64,000 nucleotides of DNA. It comes from Planctomycetota bacterium (GTDB taxonomy: Bacteria > Planctomycetota > UBA1135 > UBA2386). The notes under the pieces are model-generated. The model was not told the DNA's origin. It worked only from the letters and a program-made list of their open reading frames with translations, and ran no database searches. Numbering within the stretch: position 1 is the stretch's first letter; each line of letters starts with the position of its first letter. This document shows, one piece after another, positions 9,755-21,009 of this stretch. The translations under genes were made by a program, and so were the position numbers. The stretch is taken from NCBI GenBank assembly GCA_965223545.1, contig OZ245006.1, positions 6,048,001 through 6,112,000 of the forward strand, in the 5' to 3' direction.

Positions 9755-10156
9755 TCAGCTCTCCTGCCAGCTGACGATCGCCGGCAGAGCGTCGGGCGCG
9801 GTGGCGGCCAACAACACGTCGATTCCGGCGGCGCGGCGACCGCCCAGGCTCGCGCGCACCCGCACCCGCCATCGGCTCGTTGCACCGGCCTCCGCCAGCA
9901 CCGAGATGTCGATCCGGCACCGGCCGATACCGAGTTCGGCACCGCGGTAGCTGGGGTCGTGCCGCAACGCGGCCCGTGCCGCCTGGACACCGCCCTGGGC
10001 CGCGTAGAGCGCGGTCAGGCGGTCCGCGTACCGCGCGTCGCTGGTCGCCAGCGCGTCGGTGCCGGAGCGCAACGCGGTGTACGCCGCTCCCAGCACGGTC
10101 GCGATCAGGAGCGCGAACACCAGGACTGCGCCGTGCTCGTTGCGGCGGCGCATCAT
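9755..10156 (-). CDS. GspK/PilX-like minor pseudopilin
   Basis: RRRNEHG|AVLVFALLI N-terminus lacking Glu5; ALYAAQGGV; last gene of the pilin operon. Confidence 0.7.
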   Translation of the reverse strand: MMRRRNEHGAVLVFALLIATVLGAAYTALRSGTDALATSDARYADRLTALYAAQGGVQAARAALRHDPSYRGAELGIGRCRIDISVLAEAGATSRWRVRVRASLGGRRAAGIDVLLAATAPDALPAIVSWQES

Positions 10157-10659
10157 CGTCCTGTCCTCGGCGGCTGTGCGGCGTCGGCGTGGGCGCGACA
10201 GCGAGCGGAGGTCTCCAACACGCCACCCGCTTCGGCGCCTGCTCTGCGCGGCGCGATCTCCAGGCTGATGTCGACCAATGGCAGGTGCACGCGGACCTCG
10301 AGAGTCCGGATCCGGTGCGCCACGACTTCGACCCGGTCGCCGCAGCGGCGCAGCAGGGTGCCGTCCTCGATCGCGTACCGCACCTCACCGGCCGGCCCGC
10401 GCAGCACCGCGCCGTTCGCGGTGGGAGTGGCCTCGCTGGCGCGGCGCACGTCGGCGGTGAACCGCGAGAGCGCGCTCCGGCTGTGCAGGATGTCGTCGAC
10501 GTAGCCGGTCGCGGTGCGACCCTGCCGTGTGAGCTGCGCGGTGAGCGACAGCGCAGCACTGCCGAGCAACGTGAGCAGCATCAGCGCCGCGGTCGTCTCG
10601 ATCAGGGTGAGGCCGGTCGCCCGGCGGCTCCGTCGCGTCATCGGCAACCGTTGGGTCAT
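10153..10659 (-). CDS. Prepilin-type N-terminal cleavage protein (GspJ/PilW-like)
   Basis: RRATG|LTLIE class III signal; ATGA overlaps at both ends. Confidence 0.8.
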   Translation of the reverse strand: MTQRLPMTRRSRRATGLTLIETTAALMLLTLLGSAALSLTAQLTRQGRTATGYVDDILHSRSALSRFTADVRRASEATPTANGAVLRGPAGEVRYAIEDGTLLRRCGDRVEVVAHRIRTLEVRVHLPLVDISLEIAPRRAGAEAGGVLETSARCRAHADAAQPPRTGR

Positions 10660-11045
10660 CGGTGCGGGGGGAGCAGGGTCACCAGGGCGGCGTGTTGTCG
10701 GTGCGGTCGGTCCGGTGCGTGCCAGCTGACCTCGGCGCGGACCTCGTAGCAGCCATCGGGCCGCAGGCGGATCTCCCGCAGCCCCGCGGCGCGCGGCAGT
10801 GTGCGCCGGGCGGAGTCGGGCAGCGTGAACGCGTGACGACCGGCCTGCAGCGGCTTCCCATCGTCGATGCTCTCCAGCTGGGCGGCGGCCAGTGCCAGCG
10901 CCGCGGTGTGGCGGTGCGCGTTGGCGATGCGGTGGATTCCGTCGCGCTGGCCGACCGCGAACGCGCTCGCCAGCACGCTGAGAATGGCGAAGCCACACGC
11001 GACTTCGACCAGCGTGTAGCCCGCGGCCCGCCGCCGCCTCACCAC
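10656..11045 (-). CDS. Prepilin-type N-terminal cleavage protein (GspI/PilV-like)
   Basis: RRRRAAG|YTLVE class III signal; GTG start at 11045 or 11042 overlapping the GspF stop. Confidence 0.8.
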   Translation of the reverse strand: MVRRRRAAGYTLVEVACGFAILSVLASAFAVGQRDGIHRIANAHRHTAALALAAAQLESIDDGKPLQAGRHAFTLPDSARRTLPRAAGLREIRLRPDGCYEVRAEVSWHAPDRPHRQHAALVTLLPPHR

Positions 11046-12148
11046 AGGTTTGCCTCGGCGTGGAAGCGGTGGATCAGGCCGAACACGCCGGCGAACTGCA
11101 CCGCCAGCAGAACGCCGAACAGCACCACCGCGATCGGGTGCACCCACCGCATCCAGCGGTCGACGTGCCGTTGGAGGCGGATGGCACACTCGTCGGCCAG
11201 GCCCGCCAGCGACCGCGCCAGCGTCGGCGCCGGTGCGTCCGAGGCCAGCGCGGCGCGCACCGCGGCGAACTCGGGCAGCGCCGTGCGCGCCCACGCCGCC
11301 TGCGGCTCGACGCCTTCTTCGATCGCCTGCGCGGCGGCGACGGCGGCGCCGCTGAGGCGCGTGCTACCGGTGGCCGGGGCCGAGCGGCGCAGCGCCTCGG
11401 GCAACGGCAACCCGGCGCCGACCAACGCGCCGGTGCTGCGCAGCAGACGCTCGCCACCCGCCAGCCGCGCGATGGTGTCGAGAAAGGCGGCGCGGCGCGT
11501 CACCGCGTCGGCCAGCCGACGCAGCGGTTCGGCCCGGCCGCCCAGCAGCTGGTAGGTGATGCCGATGCCGACCACCGCCATCACTCCGAGCATGAGTGCC
11601 GTGGTGAGCCGCGCGATCCACACCGACGCCGAGCTCATCACGGTGCCGTCGCCCGCCAGCGTTTCGTGGCCGAAGCCCGCGAACTCGAGGTAGAAGGTCT
11701 GCAGCCCGATCAGGAAGGCGCCCAGACAGATCGGGTAGAACATGGTCATCGACAGGCGATGCCGCGCCGCCAGCGCCTGGGTCGTGTCGACCGACAGCGA
11801 GGTCAGCGTGGTCGGCAGCTCGGCGGTGCCCTCCGACGCGCGGATCGCGGCGATGATGCGCAGCGGAAACAGCGGTCGCGCCTGCTCGGCGAGCGCGCGG
11901 CTGAGGCTCGCGCCCGCGTTGATGTCGGCGGCGAGCGCCGCCAGCAGCCGCCGCGTTCCCGCTGGGTGTTCCTCGCTGGCGCGCTGCAGCAGCGGGCCCA
12001 AGGGCACCGCGCGGCGCGTGCCGGTCGCCATCAGCGTCAGCAGCTGACCGCGCAGATCGAGCTTGCGCCGCATCAGGTAGATCGGCACGAACAGCGCCGC
12101 GATCAGCGCACCGAGCAGGATCAGAGTGATGCCGAAGAAGGTGGGCAT
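11039..12148 (-). CDS. Type II secretion system F family protein (GspF/PilC)
   Basis: Two T2SSF-like repeats (AGASLSRALA, AGLPLPEALRR) separated by TM helices. Confidence 0.8.
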   Translation of the reverse strand: MPTFFGITLILLGALIAALFVPIYLMRRKLDLRGQLLTLMATGTRRAVPLGPLLQRASEEHPAGTRRLLAALAADINAGASLSRALAEQARPLFPLRIIAAIRASEGTAELPTTLTSLSVDTTQALAARHRLSMTMFYPICLGAFLIGLQTFYLEFAGFGHETLAGDGTVMSSASVWIARLTTALMLGVMAVVGIGITYQLLGGRAEPLRRLADAVTRRAAFLDTIARLAGGERLLRSTGALVGAGLPLPEALRRSAPATGSTRLSGAAVAAAQAIEEGVEPQAAWARTALPEFAAVRAALASDAPAPTLARSLAGLADECAIRLQRHVDRWMRWVHPIAVVLFGVLLAVQFAGVFGLIHRFHAEANLW

Positions 12149-12165
12149 GGCAGGCGCCGCCGTCC

Positions 12166-13240
12166 TTACGGCGACATCGCGTCGGCGTACTGCACCATGG
12201 GCAGCAGGTAGCTCATGGCGAAGCCCAGCACGATGATGCCGAGCATCAGCTCGGCCAGCGGCGTCGCCATCGCACAGAGCCGGTCCACCGATCGGTCGAG
12301 TCGTTCGCGGTAGATCCGGGCGACGTCGTCGAGCGCGTCCGAGGCCGAGCCGCTCGACTCGGCGGCTTCCACCAACCACAACAGGCTGGGCGAGATCAGA
12401 TCGCCGGCGCGGACCGAGTCGGTCAGGTTGGCGCCCTCTTCGGCCCGGCTCGACATCCGCTGGATGCACTCGCGCACGCGGTTGTCATCGGTGGCCGTGG
12501 CGCTCAGCATCAGCGCTTGCGGCAGCGACAGGCCGCGCCGCGCCAGCAGCGCCATGGTGGAGGCAAACGAGGCCTTGGCCGCGAACAGGCGCAGCCGGCC
12601 CACCAGTGGCAGTCGGTAGCCGATGCCGTCGAGGGCCGAGCCGGGGTCGAGCGGGCTGCGCAGCCAGGCGAAGGTGATCGCCGCGACCGTGACCAGCACC
12701 AGCAAGCCCAGGCCGCTGGCGGCCGGGATCCAGGTGGTGGTCGACGGCGCCACGGTCTCCGCACTCATCGCCGCGGTCAGATCGAGCAGCGACGCGCTGA
12801 GGTGGGGCCCGACGAACAACACCAAGATCGAGCCCAGGGCGACGACGAAGCCGGCGGCGACCGCCGGGTAGGCCAGCGCCTGGCGCAGCCGGTCCACCGT
12901 CGCCGCGCGCTCGTGGGCATGGTGGGCGATCTCGTCGAGCACGCCGGGGAGGTTGCCCGAGCGGATGCCGGCGTCGACCAACGCGCGGTACAGCTTGGGA
13001 AAGTGCCGCTGGTGCTGGCCGTAGGCGTCGCCGAGGGGCACTCCGTTCTCGATGGCCTCGGCCATCGCGCCGACCGCTTGCCGCAGCTTGCCGCGGCGCA
13101 GGTCGGATTGGAGCAGTCGCAGCGCTCTGGGCAGTGGCACTTGCGCGCGGCACAGCTCGGCGAGCGTGCGGTGGAACAGCGCCATGTCGTCGGCGGCCGC
13201 CCCCGGCGACTTCGCGACCGGCTTGGCGGGTGCCTGGCCT

Positions 13241-13260
<20 letters not shown>
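12166..13260 (-). CDS. Type II secretion system F family protein (GspF/PilC)
   Basis: FHRTLAELCRAQVPLPRAL, IENGVPLGDA, FPKLY, SGNLPGVL and ALAYP; AGGAGG before GTG at 13260. Confidence 0.9.
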
Positions 13261-14356
<1,096 letters not shown>

Positions 14357-14463
14357 TCCTTCCTTTGGTGGGGGACCGACTTCACCCGTTGCTATCGGAC
14401 GGTGAGCGGTGGCGCCTTGATGCCGGTGGTGGCGCTGCACGTTCGTGCGGATCGCGCACCCGG

Positions 14464-15111
14464 TCAGTCGCGGTGGGCGGGCAGGGTCTGCGGCGCGGCG
14501 GCATCGCCGCTCAACCAGAACGCGTCCCCGCTCCAGCGCCGGGCGGTGCCGTCGCCGACCAACACGGCGGCCCCGCGGCCGATGCCCAGGCCGAGCGCCG
14601 AAGGGGAGCGCGCCAGGCGCTGGCGGAGGCCGGCCCAAGCGGCGGCCTCGTCGTGCACGGCAACCCAGGCGTCGACGATGCCCAGGCCGCCGCGCCCCAT
14701 CTGCACCGCACCCGCCGACACGCCCACCAGCACCGCGCCGGCGGCGCGGCGGGCGGCGAGCTGCGCGTCGACGCCGGCGGTGCGGAATGCGCGCCAACCG
14801 CGGTCCGGGTCGCCCCCCGACAGCACGAGCAGGTCGGCGGCGTCGATCGCCGCGCGCGCCGCGTCGTCGAATGGCGCCGCGGCGTGGAGGTGTCGGCAGA
14901 TGCCAGCGCCCTGCATCGCGGCGGCGAAGACGTCGTAGTACTCCGGCAGATCGCCGTTGGCGGCGCCCAGATAGACCGCGCGCAGCGCGCCGCGATCGCG
15001 GCTGCCGAGCAGCGCGTCCCACAGCGAGGTGCCGCCGGCGGCCCGCGCGAACAGGGGGCGGCTGTCGGCGGTCAGAGCGGCCAGGGAGTGGGGCGACATC
15101 GCGGCCGGCAT
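14464..15111 (-). CDS. Peptidase S51 / type 1 glutamine amidotransferase-like protein
   Basis: ADLLVLSGGD and the GVSAGA nucleophile motif. Confidence 0.75.
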   Translation of the reverse strand: MPAAMSPHSLAALTADSRPLFARAAGGTSLWDALLGSRDRGALRAVYLGAANGDLPEYYDVFAAAMQGAGICRHLHAAAPFDDAARAAIDAADLLVLSGGDPDRGWRAFRTAGVDAQLAARRAAGAVLVGVSAGAVQMGRGGLGIVDAWVAVHDEAAAWAGLRQRLARSPSALGLGIGRGAAVLVGDGTARRWSGDAFWLSGDAAAPQTLPAHRD

Positions 15112-15140
15112 CCTGCCATAATCGCGGCCCGCGTTCTTCG

Positions 15141-16397
15141 ATGCTGGTCCACGCCGATCGCCCCGCCGACCGGGCCGCGCGCGCGCGGATCAGAGCCGCG
15201 GCCGCCGCCGCCGGTTTCGACCTCGCCGGCGCGCACCTGCTGCGCACGTCGTCCCGGCTGTGCCTGAGCGTCGAGCACGGCGACTACAACGGCACGCCGC
15301 TGTTCGGCATCGGCACCGATCGCTGCCTGTGGATCGCCGCCAAGCCGCGACCCGGAGGCGAAGTGCGCTTCCTGTCCATCGCCTTTGCCGGCGAGGGCAT
15401 CGTCCGCTACCGCGCCGGCGCGGCGCCGTCTCCGTCACCCGCCGCCACGGGGTGGGGGCGCTACGCGCGGGGCGCCGACTGGGTGCTGCGGCGCGCCGGC
15501 CATCGGCCGCGCCAGGGCTTCGATGCGATTGTCGACAGCGACATTCCCGGCGGCGGCATGTCGCGCTCGGCGGCGCTGTCGCTCAACCTGCTGCTGACCG
15601 TCCTGCGCCTGGAGCACCCCGACGCGGACCTCGAAGGGCTGGCGCCGCGCATGCAGTTCGCGCAGTGGGGACAGGCGGTCGAGGCGGACTACGCCGGAGT
15701 GCCGTGTGGCATCCTCGATCCGCTGATCATCGCGCACGCGCGGGCCGATGCCGGCGTCTGGTACGAGCCGGGCGCCGACCGCGCCGAGTGCGTGCCGTTG
15801 CCGGCGGGTGCGGAGGCGGCCGCGCGCTTCGTCGCGCTCGACACCGGCGTCGCCCGCGCCGGTCTCGAGCACTCGACCTACCCGCGCCGGCGGGCCGAGT
15901 GCGAGCGGCTGGTGCGGCTGGCGCAGCCGGAGTTCGGTATCCGCGCGCTGGCCGAGGTCCGCGACGGGGCGATGCTCGCGGCGTTGTTTCGCCGCTTCGC
16001 CGGCGAGCCGAAGCTGTGCGCGCGCCTGGCCTACGTCTTCACCGCCCAGCTGCGACTGCCGCGCCTGCTGGCGGCGTGGCGCGCCGGCGACTGGCGCGGC
16101 GTCGGGCGGGTGCTGCGCGCCGACGGGGTCGGGCTGCGCGATCTCTACCGGATCTCGGGCCCGGAGCTGGAGGCGATGTGCAGTATCGCCCGCGGGGTGC
16201 CGGGCGTGTACGGCGAGCGCATGCTCGGCGGCGGCGACGCCGGCGCGGCCGGCGCGATCGTGCGGCCCGACGCCGTCGAGGAGCTGCGCTGTGCGGTGGC
16301 GCGCGAGTACCCGCGGCGGCACCCGGCCGCCGCCCCGCGCGCCGCCGTGCACGAGCTGCAGTTGATCGACGGCATCGCGGCGCTGGCACCGCTCTGA
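15141..16397 (+). CDS. Galactokinase-like GHMP sugar kinase (divergent)
   Basis: SRLCLSVEHGDYNG, DIPGGGMSRSAA, GVPCGILD, RRAEC, ISGPELE and GERMLGGG follow the GalK motif order. Confidence 0.8.
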   Translation: MLVHADRPADRAARARIRAAAAAAGFDLAGAHLLRTSSRLCLSVEHGDYNGTPLFGIGTDRCLWIAAKPRPGGEVRFLSIAFAGEGIVRYRAGAAPSPSPAATGWGRYARGADWVLRRAGHRPRQGFDAIVDSDIPGGGMSRSAALSLNLLLTVLRLEHPDADLEGLAPRMQFAQWGQAVEADYAGVPCGILDPLIIAHARADAGVWYEPGADRAECVPLPAGAEAAARFVALDTGVARAGLEHSTYPRRRAECERLVRLAQPEFGIRALAEVRDGAMLAALFRRFAGEPKLCARLAYVFTAQLRLPRLLAAWRAGDWRGVGRVLRADGVGLRDLYRISGPELEAMCSIARGVPGVYGERMLGGGDAGAAGAIVRPDAVEELRCAVAREYPRRHPAAAPRAAVHELQLIDGIAALAPL

Positions 16398-16472
16398 TCG
16401 AGTCGGGGGCGGTCGAACGCCGAAGAGATCCGATGCCGGGCCCTGCGCCCGGTCGACCTCGAGCCATCCTGC

Positions 16473-18548
16473 ATGACTGGCAAATCCCCCAACGACCGCA
16501 CCGGGCTCTGGCTGGCCCTGATCCTGGTGTGTGCCTTCGCCGCGCACGCGCCGGCGCTGCTCAACGGATTCACCTTCGACGATGCCTTCTACGTCAAGGG
16601 CGAGACGCCGTACGGCACTCCCAACCCGATGGTGGCGACGCTGCATCCGCTGCCCGAGTACTTCCAGCGCCCCTACAACCACGGCGTCAGCGACGGTCGC
16701 GGCTACCGGCCGTTGACGGTCTACAGCTTCGCGCTGCTGCACCACTGGGCGCGCACGCCGGTGCAGAGTGGGATCCTCGGCGACCGTTTCGTCGAGTCCG
16801 CGTGGCCGCAGCACCTGTGCAACTCGCTGCTGCACGTGCTGTGCACTCTGCTCGTGTTCGGTCTCGTGCGCCGGCTGACGGGCGCCGGCCCGGCGCTGCT
16901 GGCGAGCTTGCTGTTCGGTGCGCTGGCGGTGCACACCGAAGCGGTGGCTTGGATCGTCGGTCGTGGAGAGCTGCTGGCGTTCGCCGGCGGCGCGACCGGC
17001 GCGCTGTGCTTTGCGAGTGGCCTGCTGTCTACCGGGCCGCGCCGCGCCGCGTGGCTTGCCGCGGCGGCGGCCGCCGTGTTCGTCGCGTGCGCGAGCAAGG
17101 AGAGCGGCGTCGCCTGGGCGCTCTTCGTGCCGCTCTACGCCATCGCCGTGCGCGTGCGCCGCGGCGCGGCGTGGCGCGCCGGAGCGGGAGCCTGCGCCGT
17201 GGCGTGGTTGGCTACCTGCGGTCTGCCGGTAGCGGTGTTCGCTTGGATGCGGCACGCGGTGCTGCAGCGCTACGTCGCGCCGCGCGGTGCCTTCGAGGTG
17301 CCCTACGAGTTCAATCCGCTGTTCGAGCTGGGGTTCTTCGAGCGGCTGCCGTCGGCGGTGATGCTGCTCGGCTACGGCCTGTACAAGACGCTGGTGCCGA
17401 TCGATCTGTCGTGTAGCTACCGGCACGCGGTGTTCGAGCTGCCCGTGGGCTTTGCGCACTGGGGCTTCCTCTCGACCGCGATCGGTCTCGCGGTGGCGGT
17501 CTACTTGGCTTGGCGGTGGCGTCAGCAGCCGCTGTGGTGGCTGGCACTGGCGAGCTTCACCGGTCTGGCCGTGGTGACGTCCAACTTGCCGTTCGCCATC
17601 GAGACGGTGTTCGCCGAGCGCTTCTACTACGCCCCCAGCCTGGGCCTGGCGCTGGTGGCCGCGGCGCTGGTGGCCGCCACGGGGGCGCGCGGGCGGCGGT
17701 TGTGCGCGGCCGCGGTGGTGTGCCTGTCGCTGGCCAACGTCGCCCTGTCGGCGCGGCGCTCGATGCAGTGGGCCGACGACGCCACCCTGTTCGCCGCCGA
17801 CGTCGAGAGCCAGCCGCGCAGCATCGAGCTGCAGCTCAACCTGGCAGGCCAGCGCTTCGACAACTTCGACGAGGCCGGCGGCCGCGCTGCGCTGGAGCGC
17901 GCGCTGCAGCTCGGCCCCCGGATCCCGCGCGTCCTGCGCGAGGTGGCCGCCTACCGCCTCGGAGTGGCGGTGCGCGCGGCGCGTGGCGGACGGCAGGAGC
18001 AGGCCGAGGCCGGCTTCGCCGAGGTCGAGGCCATGCTTCTCGATGCGCTGCAGTCCGAGCACTACCAACCGCGGCGCGACGGGCGCGACACCCAGGTGCT
18101 GCTGGCCGAGCTGTGTGTCGCGCGCGGCGACGACGATGGCGCGCGGCGGGCGCTGCAGCGCGCCTTGGAGTTCGATCCGCGCAGCGACCGCGTGCGCTTG
18201 CGGCTGAAGCTGAACGCTGAGGATGCCGGCGACGATGCGCGCGCGGCGTCGCTGTTGCGCGAGGGTCTGGCGCTGGACGGCGACTCCGCCTACCTCCTCG
18301 CCGCGCGCGGGCGTCGTGCGCACCGCGCCGGCGATCACGATGGCGCGGCGCGCGACTTTGCCGCGTCGCTGCCGCGCCTGCCGCACGAAGTTTGGGTGGT
18401 CGAGGCGTGGTGTGAGTACGCGGCGTCGTTGGCGGCGCTCGGTCGCACCGCCGACAGCGTCGAGATCGCGACCGCGTTTCTCGCCATGGGAGTGCAGGGC
18501 GAGCAGCGCGCGGCGCTGGAGCGATTGGCGGCGACCCCGCCGGGATGA
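16473..18548 (+). CDS. TMTC-like (DUF1736) multi-TM glycosyltransferase with TPR repeats
   Basis: FTFDD, YRPLT, HTEAVAWIVGRGELL, SKESG and AERFYYAPS, followed by TPR-like helices. Confidence 0.82.
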   Translation: MTGKSPNDRTGLWLALILVCAFAAHAPALLNGFTFDDAFYVKGETPYGTPNPMVATLHPLPEYFQRPYNHGVSDGRGYRPLTVYSFALLHHWARTPVQSGILGDRFVESAWPQHLCNSLLHVLCTLLVFGLVRRLTGAGPALLASLLFGALAVHTEAVAWIVGRGELLAFAGGATGALCFASGLLSTGPRRAAWLAAAAAAVFVACASKESGVAWALFVPLYAIAVRVRRGAAWRAGAGACAVAWLATCGLPVAVFAWMRHAVLQRYVAPRGAFEVPYEFNPLFELGFFERLPSAVMLLGYGLYKTLVPIDLSCSYRHAVFELPVGFAHWGFLSTAIGLAVAVYLAWRWRQQPLWWLALASFTGLAVVTSNLPFAIETVFAERFYYAPSLGLALVAAALVAATGARGRRLCAAAVVCLSLANVALSARRSMQWADDATLFAADVESQPRSIELQLNLAGQRFDNFDEAGGRAALERALQLGPRIPRVLREVAAYRLGVAVRAARGGRQEQAEAGFAEVEAMLLDALQSEHYQPRRDGRDTQVLLAELCVARGDDDGARRALQRALEFDPRSDRVRLRLKLNAEDAGDDARAASLLREGLALDGDSAYLLAARGRRAHRAGDHDGAARDFAASLPRLPHEVWVVEAWCEYAASLAALGRTADSVEIATAFLAMGVQGEQRAALERLAATPPG

Positions 18549-18601
18549 GTGCATGGTTTTCCGCGCCCGTGGTGAGGGCCGGCGCTACCATCGCCGAGGC
18601 C

Positions 18602-19132
18602 ATGACCGACGACCCCAGAGGCAAGTCCGGCCCGGCCGACGGCGCCAAGTCGAGCGCCGGCCTGCCGCGCTGGAAGCTGGTTCTGATCGCCTTCGCGGCG
18701 CTGCTGCTGCTGGTGGGCGTCGCGCTCTACTTCGCTGGCGGCGGCGAGCCACAGCGGACCCCCGTCCAACCGGGTACCGCGGGTGCCAGCTTCATCGAGC
18801 TCGGTGGTGGCGAGGCGACGCAGGGGCAGAGCTGGGCGCCCGGCCTGATGCGCATGGGCTTCAGCTTCTTCGTCGCCTTCGCCATCGGCAGCGTGTTTCG
18901 CTCGTTCTTCAAGATCTCGCTGCTCTGCGTCGGCATCTACGCGCTGCTGACCCTGGGCTTGCAGCACCTCGGCTACGTGACCGTGCACTGGGACCAGCTG
19001 GAAGGCATGTGGGCGGGCTTCACCGATCGGGTCAGCGAGGACTTCGGCCGGCTGCGCACCGCGATCACCGGCAGCTTGCCGCAGGCCGGCCTCGCGTCGG
19101 TCGGTTTGTTCGCCGGCTTCAAGAAGGGCTGA
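18602..19132 (+). CDS. FUN14-like membrane protein
   Basis: GFSFFVAFAIG...LQHLGYVTVHWDQL...GLFAGFKKG pattern. Confidence 0.7.
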   Translation: MTDDPRGKSGPADGAKSSAGLPRWKLVLIAFAALLLLVGVALYFAGGGEPQRTPVQPGTAGASFIELGGGEATQGQSWAPGLMRMGFSFFVAFAIGSVFRSFFKISLLCVGIYALLTLGLQHLGYVTVHWDQLEGMWAGFTDRVSEDFGRLRTAITGSLPQAGLASVGLFAGFKKG

Positions 19133-19560
19133 CCGCGGTCGCCCTGCTGCTCGCCACGGTCGCCTGCGGGCGCCCGCAGCAGGTCGTCCTCCGCTACGCC
19201 GACGGCGTGGTTAAGGCGCGCGGCGCCACCATCGAGGGCCAGCGGCACGGCCACTGGACGTTTTGGCACGCCAACGGCAACACCGCCGCCGATGGCGCCT
19301 ACGTCTGGGGGCAGGAAGACGGCGAGTGGCGCTTCTGGCACGAGAACGGCACGGTGCACAAGCGCGGGATCTACCGCCGCGGCGTGCCGCAGGGACCGTG
19401 GACGTTCTACTTCGACGACGGGCAGCCGGAGTTTCAGGGCAGCTACCGCGACGGGGTGGCGTGGGGGTTGTGGAGCGCGTGGCGCCCGGACGGCAGCGTC
19501 GACCCCGACCACACCGGCATGTATCGCGACGGGCGCTTGGTGCGCGGCGCCGAGCGCTGA
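19129..19560 (+). CDS. MORN-variant repeat (YwqK-like) protein, probable lipoprotein
   Basis: Repeats of G.W.FWH.NG...G.Y; lipobox-like TVAC. The start is inferred as CTG. Confidence 0.7.
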   Translation: MTAVALLLATVACGRPQQVVLRYADGVVKARGATIEGQRHGHWTFWHANGNTAADGAYVWGQEDGEWRFWHENGTVHKRGIYRRGVPQGPWTFYFDDGQPEFQGSYRDGVAWGLWSAWRPDGSVDPDHTGMYRDGRLVRGAER

Positions 19561-19646
19561 GCGGCGCCGCTCCGGCCGCTCTTGGTTTTCGCGCGGCGAT
19601 CCCTCGCCGCGACCACGCCGGCGCGTATCTTTGCCAGGCTCAAAGC

Positions 19647-20228
19647 ATGGTCAAGCTCAACAAGATCTACACCCGCACCGGCGACGACGGCTCCACCGGT
19701 CTCGGCGACGGCTCGCGGCGGCAAAAGCACGACCTGCGCATCGCCGCGTACGGCACCACCGACGAGGCCTCGAGCGCCCTTGGCCTGGCGTTGGTGCACG
19801 GCCTGGATGGCGAGCTCGAAGGCATCGTCCAGCAGCTGCAGAACGACCTGTTCGACGTCGGTGCCGATCTGTGCGTGCCGGGGACCGGCGGGGACGGGCT
19901 GCGGATCGCGCCGGCCTACACCGCGCGCGTGGAGCAGTGGATCGACCAGTACAACGAGCGCCTGCAGCCGTTGCGTTCGTTCGTGCTGCCCGGTGGGAGC
20001 GCGGCGGCGGCGTGGCTGCACTTCGCGCGCACCGTGTGCCGGCGCGCCGAGCGGCTGGTCTCGGAGCTCGGCGCGGTGGAGAGCGAGGCGGCGGCCCTCA
20101 ATCCCGAGGTGTTGCGCTTTCTCAATCGGCTGTCGGACTTGCTGTTCGTGCTGGCGCGCGTCGCCAACGACGACGGCCGCGCCGACGTGCTCTGGCGACC
20201 CGGCGGCGGCGGCGACGGCGTCGAGTGA
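19647..20228 (+). CDS. pduO: ATP:cob(I)alamin adenosyltransferase, PduO type
   Basis: KIYTRTGDDGSTGL, AYGTTDE, QNDLFDVGADL, FVLPGG, ARTVCRRAER and LNRLSDLLFVLAR. Confidence 0.95.
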   Translation: MVKLNKIYTRTGDDGSTGLGDGSRRQKHDLRIAAYGTTDEASSALGLALVHGLDGELEGIVQQLQNDLFDVGADLCVPGTGGDGLRIAPAYTARVEQWIDQYNERLQPLRSFVLPGGSAAAAWLHFARTVCRRAERLVSELGAVESEAAALNPEVLRFLNRLSDLLFVLARVANDDGRADVLWRPGGGGDGVE

Positions 20229-20241
20229 CGAAGGAGCGCGC

Positions 20242-20904
20242 TCAGCCGCGTTGGGCGGCGACGTACCAGCCGTAGCGAAACGAGTCGCCGAACCGCTCCT
20301 GCATCGCGTCGAACGCGCGCGTCGCGAGCCGCCGGGCGTGGCGGTGCTTGTGCAGCCAGGAAAACGCCTCCTGCATCGGCGCCACCCAGTGCGGCCGCAG
20401 GTCGGCGTTCGCCAGGCTGGCGAGGAACGACGCGCGGGTGAAGCGCTGGATGTGCGCCGCGCCGGGCTCGCGGCCGAACGGTTGGCTGCAGCGGAACCAG
20501 GCGCGGAACATGCGGTCCGACCAGGCGCGGCCGTTGGGCACCGCGGCGAGCAGGTGGCCGCCCGGCCGCAGCACGCGGTGCACCTCGGCCAACAGCGCGT
20601 CCGGCGCCGCGACGTGCTCGAGGACGTGCATGCAGCTGACCCCGTCGAAGCTGCCGTCGGCAAACGGCAGACCCGCCTCGAAGCTGCACACCACGCGCGG
20701 CACCCCGGCGGCCGCGCCGCGCGGATAGAGATCGGCCTCGACGATCACCCGCGCCGGCAGGTCGCGCACGTGCAGCGACGACTCCGGGTCGATGGTGCTG
20801 CCACCGCCGGCACCCACGTCGAGCCAGCAGCCGTCGCGGCTGGCCTCGACGATGGCGTCGAGCTGATGTGGCAGAGCGGTGGCGGTGGCGGGGGGAGCGA
20901 CCAT
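20242..20904 (-). CDS. Class I SAM-dependent methyltransferase (type 11)
   Basis: WLDVGAGGG, LPFADGSFDGVSCMHVLEHV and VLRPGG. Confidence 0.85.
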   Translation of the reverse strand: MVAPPATATALPHQLDAIVEASRDGCWLDVGAGGGSTIDPESSLHVRDLPARVIVEADLYPRGAAAGVPRVVCSFEAGLPFADGSFDGVSCMHVLEHVAAPDALLAEVHRVLRPGGHLLAAVPNGRAWSDRMFRAWFRCSQPFGREPGAAHIQRFTRASFLASLANADLRPHWVAPMQEAFSWLHKHRHARRLATRAFDAMQERFGDSFRYGWYVAAQRG

Positions 20905-21009
20905 CGGGTGGGAGCGGGGCGGTCGAGCCGCGGACAAGTCTATGCGAACCGACCGCCCGCTGCCGTGCGCGGTATTCTGGGCGGCTCCCCCAACTGAGGT
21001 TTTCCCCAA

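Noticed and set aside
15435..18554. Long antisense ORFs (1039 aa here; also 54441-57110 and the 5' part of 20242-23466)
   Set aside because: These are shadow frames of high-GC genes, Arg/Ala-rich with no motifs, opposite well-supported CDSs.
19129..19560. Toxin-antitoxin system (YwqK label)
   Set aside because: MORN repeats are generic, there is no adjacent toxin, and the protein looks like a lipoprotein.
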